Virus record (IMG/VR): IMGVR_UViG_3300043419_001406
Span: 1-51,894 of that record
Strand: one strand, 5' to 3'
DNA length: 51,894 bases
DNA from: a virus
Lineage: Duplodnaviria > Caudoviricetes
The notes beneath the pieces were generated by a model. The model was not told where the DNA came from and did not search any database. It was given only the letters and a program-made list of their open reading frames with translations. Every line of letters starts with the position of its first letter. Position 1 is the first letter of the stretch. Both the position numbers and the translations under genes were made by a program. This document shows, in pieces, positions 46,052 to 51,894 of this stretch.

Positions 46052-46350
46052 TTGGTGATGCTTTCGCCCTCCTTGAGCTCGGCGGCCTTGATGACCTTGA
46101 GGCTCTCGACGTACTTGATGCCTTCGAGCCGGATGGCCGTGAAGTCCATCTGCTTGTAGCCCATGACCAAGAAGCCTTCGGAGGCCATGAGGTGGTGGAC
46201 GTTGGCCTCGTGGGCCGTGACTTCGGCTTCGCCGGGATTGAAGCCGGCCGCGTACTTGAGCATCGAACCGCGATCCGTGAACGAGTTCACGAGCAGCTCA
46301 TTGATGGTGGGCCATCTTGCGATGACCGTGTATATTTTGTCTGTTTTCAT
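46048..46350 (-). CDS. Hypothetical protein
   Basis: ATGA overlap; CA-rich leader. Confidence 0.75.
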   Translation of the reverse strand: MKTDKIYTVIARWPTINELLVNSFTDRGSMLKYAAGFNPGEAEVTAHEANVHHLMASEGFLVMGYKQMDFTAIRLEGIKYVESLKVIKAAELKEGESITK

Positions 46351-46366
46351 TGTGTGTGTTGGGAGA

Positions 46367-46441
46367 TGGAGGCGGGTGTGGGATTTGCACCCACGTTGGT
46401 CGGCTTTGCTGGCCGGGGCATAACTACTCTGCTAACCCGCC
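46367..46441 (-). tRNA. Atypical tRNA-Cys (GCA)
   Basis: GGCGGGTTAGCAGAGTAGTTATGCCCCGGCCAGCAAAGCCGACCAACGTGGGTGCAAATCCCACACCCGCCTCCA; U73 and CCA present, but A33. Confidence 0.75.
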
Positions 46442-46469
46442 GTAAATTGGTGCCCCGCTAGGGGCGTTT

Positions 46470-46497
46470 AGACTTGGCGTATTGCCTTTAGCGTCAA
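46470..46497 (-). promoter_or_regulatory. Putative promoter TTGACG-N16-AAGTCT for the tRNA-Cys/erf operon
   Basis: Lies between a terminator hairpin and the tRNA. Confidence 0.5.
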
Positions 46498-46520
46498 GGC
46501 CCACGTTTAAAGTGCGCCGT

Positions 46521-46542
46521 AAAGGGAACCCCCTTTCGGGGG
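46521..46542 (-). terminator. Probable intrinsic terminator
   Basis: CCCCC-GAAA-GGGGG then TTCCCTTT, 10 nt after the stop codon at 46553. Confidence 0.6.
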
Positions 46543-46552
46543 CGTGGCTCGA

Positions 46553-46789
46553 TTACTTGGTGATCGAGTTCAGGCCGAGTTGGGACTCGATGCGAGAAAC
46601 GCGAGCATTCAGTTCTTCGATGGCCTTGACCATACCGTTGTGGATCCGGACGATGTCTCCGGCGTCGGAGAGCTGGTCGAGTTCGAGGACGCGCTTGTTG
46701 AGGAGCGCGATGCTCGGATTTTCCAGATCCGCGAGGAGGGCATCAATCTCGGCCTTGGTGGTCTTGGCCTTGTGGTCGATAAACGACAT
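46553..46789 (-). CDS. Small coiled-coil protein, monocistronic early gene
   Basis: Own promoter and terminator; CA-rich leader. Confidence 0.75.
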   Translation of the reverse strand: MSFIDHKAKTTKAEIDALLADLENPSIALLNKRVLELDQLSDAGDIVRIHNGMVKAIEELNARVSRIESQLGLNSITK

Positions 46790-46848
46790 TGTGCTTATTG
46801 GGTTGTTGTTAATGAACGAGACCGGTGCTGTGTGCGCCGATGAGAAGA

Positions 46849-46922
46849 ACCATGTTAAGTGTCATCTCATGTGCAACACATATTTAACACAAAGTGCTAA
46901 GATTTACCTAAGTCGTTGGTAT
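46849..46922 (-). promoter_or_regulatory. Putative promoter TTGCAC-N16-CATGGT with upstream IHF-like box
   Basis: AT-rich intergenic DNA; TACCAACGACTTA at the same offset as the box at 3009-3021. Confidence 0.5.
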
Positions 46923-47326
46923 TTAACGTGATACTTTTCCATCTTTTTCTGGAAACTGACCGGTGTGCACCAGATCCGACCCCCCATTCTGACATATCCC
47001 GTGACCCCGAAGCGGTATCCGGCGTACACGTCGGCGAAGCTGGGCTCCCTGCGGAGCCTTGCTTTCAGGCGTATGTAAGTAATTTCCAAATACAGAGCGC
47101 AAGCTCGTCGTGCCGGGACGGGAAGATGGGCGTCGGTCCAAGGAGAGTTGGACACTTCTTCCCAAGCGTCCTTGGAAAGTCCATACGCACCGCGGGCGAT
47201 TATGATGCCCCTGTGCGTGTGCAGGTATTCGTCGGCGTCCTTCACGATGCCGGTCTCGAGCTCGCGCACGATGTCGAGCTGATCGGCCTTGGCCATGATG
47301 CCAAGCATAAGCAATAGCCACCTCAT
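46904..47326 (-). CDS. Lysozyme-like / lytic transglycosylase-like protein with signal peptide
   Basis: Hydrophobic N-terminus, IVRELETG (catalytic E position), ARGAYGL...AW and YAGYRFG motifs. Confidence 0.55.
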   Translation of the reverse strand: MRWLLLMLGIMAKADQLDIVRELETGIVKDADEYLHTHRGIIIARGAYGLSKDAWEEVSNSPWTDAHLPVPARRACALYLEITYIRLKARLRREPSFADVYAGYRFGVTGYVRMGGRIWCTPVSFQKKMEKYHVKYQRLR

Positions 47327-47502
47327 CCTCTGGGGTCCTCCAAGAAATCTAGGCGAGCCTCTAGATCGCGTATGTCTTCCTTCAGCCGCTCGACCTCGGC
47401 CTTTAGGCGGGCGTAGTCCTCGTAGCGGACAAAGACTCCGTTTTCTTCTTCAACCAATGCCGCAGAAAATCCACGGATGGCGTATCGCTTCGGTTCGCTC
47501 AT
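47323..47502 (-). CDS. Small coiled-coil hypothetical protein
   Basis: MSEPKRY...VRYEDYARLKAEVERL; ATGA overlaps. Confidence 0.75.
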   Translation of the reverse strand: MSEPKRYAIRGFSAALVEEENGVFVRYEDYARLKAEVERLKEDIRDLEARLDFLEDPRG

Positions 47503-47618
47503 TTGTTTGCCTCCAATAGTTTGATGACATCTTCGAGTCGTCCAATGATTAGGTAAAGCAAGGCAATCACAACGCCCCAGCAAAACAGGCTCATATCAAA
47601 CGGCGGCTTCTCGCTCAT
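47499..47618 (-). CDS. 39-aa single-TM peptide (MSEKPPFDMSLFCWGVVIALLYLIIGRLEDVIKLLEANK)
   Basis: Manual translation; ATGA overlaps at both ends. Confidence 0.6.
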   Translation of the reverse strand: MSEKPPFDMSLFCWGVVIALLYLIIGRLEDVIKLLEANK

Positions 47619-48325
47619 AGCATCTCTGGGGTCTCAGCTCCGGGCGCCACGCCGACGACGCTGAACAAGTCCTTGTCCTTGATCCGCGCGAGCAAGGCGT
47701 TGCCAACCTCCTTGTCGTGGAAGCGTTCGGCTAGGCTCGCGCCGGTGTGGTTGGTCGTGATGACTGTGGCTCGCTTATGCTGGGCCCGCTGGTCGATGAT
47801 GGCGAACAGCACGGAGGCCATGCGTTCGGTCATCTTCTCCTTACCCAAGTCATCCAACCCGAGCACCTCGGCTTCGATCAGGGCCTTCATGGCCTGATCC
47901 CAGCGCTCTTTGCCCCAAGCTGCGGCCATGTCCGCTTCAAGCTCGAACATGGTCATCACCTTCATGGAGATGCCAAGGCCCTTGAGCCGGTTGCGGATGA
48001 ACCACATGCACCTCGTCTTGCCCTTGCGGGTGACGCCGTGGATGAGCAGGGACTTCTTCTGGGTCTCCGGGTGCCATGTCGTCGCGAGCGCGGCGAGCAC
48101 GGGAGGAAGCCTCTTGGGATCCGTGTCCTTGAACAGCTCCGGGCAGCCGTCGGTGTTCGACGGCATGTGGACATGGAACTCCTTGGCCCGCTCGGCCTCA
48201 GCGATGGCCACGCATGCGTCCTTGGAGCAGTACTTGGCCGGCGACAGGTGGATGACGCGTCCGGCCACCTCCATGGAGTGGAGCTTGATAGGGCCGGCGC
48301 AATTCAGGCAGAAGTGGTCAGCCAT
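47615..48325 (-). CDS. DnaC/IstB-like AAA+ helicase loader
   Basis: N-terminal Cys cluster, Walker A GVTRKGKT, Walker B LGLDDLG, IIDQR and ITTN motifs. Confidence 0.88.
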   Translation of the reverse strand: MADHFCLNCAGPIKLHSMEVAGRVIHLSPAKYCSKDACVAIAEAERAKEFHVHMPSNTDGCPELFKDTDPKRLPPVLAALATTWHPETQKKSLLIHGVTRKGKTRCMWFIRNRLKGLGISMKVMTMFELEADMAAAWGKERWDQAMKALIEAEVLGLDDLGKEKMTERMASVLFAIIDQRAQHKRATVITTNHTGASLAERFHDKEVGNALLARIKDKDLFSVVGVAPGAETPEML

Positions 48326-48491
48326 TGTTCTGCTCGTAGAGCTTGATCAGGGTCTTCTGGCTGAAGGCCTTGAGCTTACCGTTGATGCACAGGTTCCAAT
48401 ACCGGATGTTGCCCTTGAGCCTAGGCTTGAGGGGCCTGACTACTGAGCCGTCCGGCAGGACGTAGTATTTGGTTTGTTCGATCTGTTTCAT
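48318..48491 (-). CDS. Small hypothetical protein (copy 2)
   Basis: Homolog of 52..225. Confidence 0.7.
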   Translation of the reverse strand: MKQIEQTKYYVLPDGSVVRPLKPRLKGNIRYWNLCINGKLKAFSQKTLIKLYEQNNG

Positions 48492-48494
48492 GGG

Positions 48495-49157
48495 TCAGAA
48501 GCCTTTGGCGTGGTCGGCGTCGGTGTGAGCGGGTTTGGCAGGACGTCCATAAGCCCCCTTGGCTGCCTTCACATGGACGGATTGCCACTCGTTGCGGCCC
48601 GAGGTCTCAAGAGCGTCGATGGAGGCGCTAGGATCGAAGCCAGACAGGTATTTGGCCTGCTTGACCTGCCAGCTGAGGCTGGTGGTCCACTTGCGCTGAC
48701 GCCTGAGGGCCACATAGTCACCCCAAGCGTTCCAGAGGTCCTTGGGCCAATCCTTGATAATGGCCTGAAACTCCTCCCCCGCCTGTATCTTATTCCTATC
48801 GTTTATATCATTAGTATCTATTGGGTGAAGTTTCTTTCGCCCCTCCCCTGAAGTTTTCTTCACCCCCCCGGTGAAGTTTTCTTCACCCCCATCCAAGGCG
48901 AGCGTGACGATATCCCAGAGGACGCCGTTAGGGTCGCGCTTGATATGGCCGGCAAGCTCCAGCTCACCGATCAGAAGCTGGACGTTCCGGTCAGAGCAGT
49001 TCAAGTACGCACCGAGCGTTGCCCGGGACGCGTAGCAGCCCTTCTCGTTCGAGAGGATGTGGATGATGGACCATAGGAACTTCGCGTTCGTGCTGATCGT
49101 GATGTCGCTGAATATCTTGGCGGGTATCCAGACGCCCTTGAATGGAAGGTCACTCAT
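48495..49157 (-). CDS. Replication initiator (copy 2, 6 aa shorter)
   Basis: Homolog of 229..909; iterons at 48824-48890 unchanged. Confidence 0.8.
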   Translation of the reverse strand: MSDLPFKGVWIPAKIFSDITISTNAKFLWSIIHILSNEKGCYASRATLGAYLNCSDRNVQLLIGELELAGHIKRDPNGVLWDIVTLALDGGEENFTGGVKKTSGEGRKKLHPIDTNDINDRNKIQAGEEFQAIIKDWPKDLWNAWGDYVALRRQRKWTTSLSWQVKQAKYLSGFDPSASIDALETSGRNEWQSVHVKAAKGAYGRPAKPAHTDADHAKGF

Positions 49158-49384
49158 CGCCTGTGGCTGGTCGAGCGTTCCTTCCAGCCCTCGGGCGTAT
49201 GCGCCCGGATGCTGGCCGTGTAGCCATCAGGCTTCCAATCGAGCCTGATGGTGACGTCCTCGTATTCGTAGGTGACGTTGCCCTCGCCCTGCATGATGTA
49301 GGGCGTGTCCTCGATGGCGTTGACGAGCTTGCTGTCAGCCCACGCGTCGAAGCCGAGGCGCTGGATGTGTTCGGATGAGCTCAT
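49154..49384 (-). CDS. Hypothetical protein (copy 2)
   Basis: Homolog of 906..1136. Confidence 0.8.
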   Translation of the reverse strand: MSSSEHIQRLGFDAWADSKLVNAIEDTPYIMQGEGNVTYEYEDVTIRLDWKPDGYTASIRAHTPEGWKERSTSHRR

Positions 49385-49385
49385 A

Positions 49386-50327
49386 TCAGATGACGGCGAT
49401 GCCGAAGTACTCGTCGTCGGTCATGTTCTGATCCAGCGACTGAGTGGCGATACGCATGATGCCGTTAGCGAGCATCTGGCGTCCTTCGATGATGGACTTC
49501 TGTCCGAACAGATAAGCGCGCGGAGCACCGGTATCCTTGCCGGCCACGATGTACATGACCAATGCCGGCCTGTTGTAGTACGCGGACGCGAGGCCGGCGT
49601 AGAGCGAAGCCTGAAGCTTCCACATGTCGTCGCGGGCCTTCTTGATGACCTTGCCCATCGTCGAGCTGGGAGCCGTCTTGTAGTCGATGACCACGATGGG
49701 ATCCTTGTCGCTGTCAGGCACGAAGATGGCGTCGAGCTGGCCCTTGACCACGCGCTCGATGACAAGCTGATGGCTGTCGTCATCCTTGATGTCCTTGGAC
49801 CAATAGCCGGCGTAGTCGTCACGCATGCGATAAGTGGCCTTGGCCGTGCCCTTGAGAGGAACCTCGGTGATGAGCTTGCCGGACTTGAGGTCGACCGCGG
49901 ACTCAAGCACACGCTTGGCTCCGCCGGTCAGGGCCTCGGCCTGCTCCCACAGGTTCTCGCCGATGATGGTCTTGCCGTCAGCCGCAAGGGATTGGAAGGA
50001 CGCATGGAGCGCCTTACCCTCCTTGGTGCGACGATCCACCTTCGGCACCTTGATGAAGGAGTCGATGATGTCCTGCTTGCCGCTCATGATGGCGTGGAAC
50101 GCGCTCCCGATGAGCATGTCATCGGTGGGCTCGCCCTGCTCATCCACGATCCTGCGGGCCGTGTGCATGCCATGGTCCAGAACCTTCTTGATATAGCTCT
50201 GGTTGAGGCCGACGTCGGACCGGTAGAACATCGGGACGATGGCCTGCGGGTTGGTTATGACCACGTCTGCGTCGTGGTAGTTTTCAGCGTCATTGATCGT
50301 GACGCGGTTGTTTTCTTGTTCGCTCAT
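49386..50327 (-). CDS. RecE/ExoVIII-like exonuclease (copy 2)
   Basis: Homolog of 1138..2079. Confidence 0.85.
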   Translation of the reverse strand: MSEQENNRVTINDAENYHDADVVITNPQAIVPMFYRSDVGLNQSYIKKVLDHGMHTARRIVDEQGEPTDDMLIGSAFHAIMSGKQDIIDSFIKVPKVDRRTKEGKALHASFQSLAADGKTIIGENLWEQAEALTGGAKRVLESAVDLKSGKLITEVPLKGTAKATYRMRDDYAGYWSKDIKDDDSHQLVIERVVKGQLDAIFVPDSDKDPIVVIDYKTAPSSTMGKVIKKARDDMWKLQASLYAGLASAYYNRPALVMYIVAGKDTGAPRAYLFGQKSIIEGRQMLANGIMRIATQSLDQNMTDDEYFGIAVI

Positions 50328-50554
50328 TTTGTGTTGGGTTGGGAAATGTGTTCGTGCGGGATGCGCCCCGTCATGTCATTGACGAGATCCAGCAGGAGGC
50401 CCCTGCTGTTGTTGTCGTACGCGATGCCATTGACTTTGACCTTGGCCCCCATGCCGGCAAGCCGATAAGCCGCGAACGCTGCGCGACGCTCATGGTCGGC
50501 CTCGACGTCTGCGGCCACGAGCTTGGGGCTGGGCCTGTTGTGCGTGATGGGCAT
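50324..50554 (-). CDS. Hypothetical protein (copy 2)
   Basis: Homolog of 2076..2306. Confidence 0.75.
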   Translation of the reverse strand: MPITHNRPSPKLVAADVEADHERRAAFAAYRLAGMGAKVKVNGIAYDNNSRGLLLDLVNDMTGRIPHEHISQPNTK

Positions 50555-50555
50555 A

Positions 50556-50990
50556 TCAGTAGTCGGTGTACGAGTCCTTGGTCATCTTGCCGTTGTTCCA
50601 CCATTGGTGGCCCTTGAAGGCCATGCCCGGCTCATCGTATTTGATGCGGAACTTCAGCTTGGGGAACTTCTCCGCGATTTTATTCATGATGCCGAGAGGC
50701 GGACTCCAAGCGCTGGAGAATACGAGGTCGAGACGCCAAGAGCGTGGACCATAGGCCTTGTCTGCGTTAATCGGGCCATAGACGTCCAGATCCGTAGGCT
50801 CCCACTTGGTGCCAAGGTTCTTCACGTTCCAATCATACCAATCCTCACGCTTGGGGTCGTAGTCAGGAAAGAGCCGACCGAAGGTGGCCTCCCCCTTCTC
50901 AGACTTGCTGAGGATGGTGTCGAGAAGAGCGTCGAGCTCTTCACGCGTGGCGGCGTACGCCACGAAGTCGTTCATCACCCAATTAGGCAT
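50556..50990 (-). CDS. YubB/DUF1281-like protein (copy 2)
   Basis: Homolog of 2308..2742. Confidence 0.8.
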   Translation of the reverse strand: MPNWVMNDFVAYAATREELDALLDTILSKSEKGEATFGRLFPDYDPKREDWYDWNVKNLGTKWEPTDLDVYGPINADKAYGPRSWRLDLVFSSAWSPPLGIMNKIAEKFPKLKFRIKYDEPGMAFKGHQWWNNGKMTKDSYTDY

Positions 50991-51171
50991 GGCCGTACTT
51001 GAGTTTGAGGCCAAGGTCGATGACCCGGGCGAGTTTCTCGCCGCTCGCTCCTTTGAGGTGCTTTTCGAGATGGGCTTTGATTTCCTTCTCGGCCTTGAGC
51101 ATGTCCTTGCGGAGCTCGGCGTGGCGTTCTACCAGCTGTTCAAGCTGATCTAGTGTTTTGTCTTGTTTCAT
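50983..51171 (-). CDS. Small coiled-coil protein (copy 2)
   Basis: Homolog of 2735..2923. Confidence 0.75.
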   Translation of the reverse strand: MKQDKTLDQLEQLVERHAELRKDMLKAEKEIKAHLEKHLKGASGEKLARVIDLGLKLKYGHA

Positions 51172-51284
51172 ATGCGTTATGCGTGTGAGCCAATGACTTT
51201 GACCAGCGTGTGAGCTGTGTCAATGTATTTGACCAACTATTCACTCAGATATCCGCAAGTAGCTGATATCCAATGAAATCAATT

Positions 51285-51360
51285 TGGTGGGCCCACCCGG
51301 ACTTGAACCGAGAACCAATCCCTTATGAGGGGACTGCTCTAACCATTGAGCTATGAGCCC
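51285..51360 (-). tRNA. tRNA-Ile2 (CAT), copy 2
   Basis: Same as 3037-3112 except C4 to U, giving a U-G wobble in the acceptor stem. Confidence 0.88.
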
Positions 51361-51366
51361 TTCAAA

Positions 51367-51765
51367 TCACTCGCGCTCGCCGGTGCGTATTATGATCGGC
51401 CGACGCTCGCCCATGTATTCCGCTCCGCGCACCACATTATAATCGACCCACTCAATGGCGGTCACCATGCGGTCATCTTCGTCTTCATCATCGAAGGCTT
51501 CATAGAATGCTGCCACCAGCTTCTCATAGCTGTAGATGACATTGCGGCCTTCCATGTCCCATCCGACGATCGCCTCATCGAGCTGCTCGCGCGGCTCCAG
51601 CAATATCGAGCCCGTCAGCTCATCGTTCTCGTCGAGCACATCATCGAACCATGTGCGATGCTTCGCCGGCACATCGTTCCCAAGTTTGTCAGCTGGGCAT
51701 GTGCTTACCCGAGCCTTGATTTTGTTGTTGTTCCTGCGTTTGTTGTTTTTATGTTTGCGTGCCAT
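51367..51765 (-). CDS. Conserved phage hypothetical protein (copy 2)
   Basis: Homolog of 3119..3517. Confidence 0.75.
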   Translation of the reverse strand: MARKHKNNKRRNNNKIKARVSTCPADKLGNDVPAKHRTWFDDVLDENDELTGSILLEPREQLDEAIVGWDMEGRNVIYSYEKLVAAFYEAFDDEDEDDRMVTAIEWVDYNVVRGAEYMGERRPIIIRTGERE

Positions 51766-51795
51766 ACCGGGCCAATTCAGATCAGAGCACACGCC

Positions 51796-51894
51796 ATGTC
51801 CATACCAATCTATGAGAGCCACGCGGATCGACGTCGACAGCAGGAGGTCATAGATTTTGTAGCGCTACATTGGAACGCCACTCCGGTAATCAGC
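51796..51894 (+). CDS. PD-(D/E)XK-like nuclease, 5' fragment truncated by window edge
   Basis: Identical to the start of 3548..4039. Confidence 0.65.
   Translation, partial: MSIPIYESHADRRRQQEVIDFVALHWNATPVIS

Larger units (their letters stand above)
1..48266. mobile_element. Complete tailed phage genome unit (podovirus-like Caudoviricetes)
   Basis: Terminase-portal-scaffold-capsid-adaptor-nozzle-ejection gene order; no tape measure or sheath gene; sequence restarts at 48267. Confidence 0.95.
48267..51894. repeat. Long imperfect direct repeat, copy 2 (3628 bp)
   Basis: Begins acctccatggagtggagc like position 1 and ends ccggtaatcagc like position 3646. Confidence 0.97.

Noticed and set aside
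1-51894. Stop-codon reassignment
   Set aside because: Genes tile tightly under the standard code; TAA, TGA and TAG all end genes; no suppressor tRNA.

Overview
The window is a complete, podovirus-type tailed phage genome of about 48.27 kb plus a second, diverged copy of its first 3.6 kb (1-3646 vs 48267-51894). The rightward late block runs terminase, portal, scaffold, SU10/DUF5309-type major capsid, adaptor, tail fibre, nozzle and five putative ejection proteins. It continues with one 6436-aa gene (40% of the genome), a holin and a spanin-like protein. The leftward early block encodes a lambda-O-like initiator with internal iterons, a DnaC-like loader, a RecE-like exonuclease, Erf, RHH regulators, a secreted lysozyme-like protein and four distinct tRNAs. 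I found no integrase, repressor, DNA or RNA polymerase, or partition genes. Top signals: (1) the giant protein looks like a self-processing injected polyprotein, with two zincin HExxH peptidases and a recurring [N/H]LLM[ILA][GS][GS] motif at module boundaries; (2) a 28-bp XerCD dif-like site at 4207-4234 in an integrase-less phage; (3) tRNAs for AUA, AGG and UUA that begin 6-7 nt after stop codons; (4) a shared TTGnnn-N16-nAnnnT promoter class, two members carrying an IHF-like box at identical spacing. All calls are by eye, without database searches.
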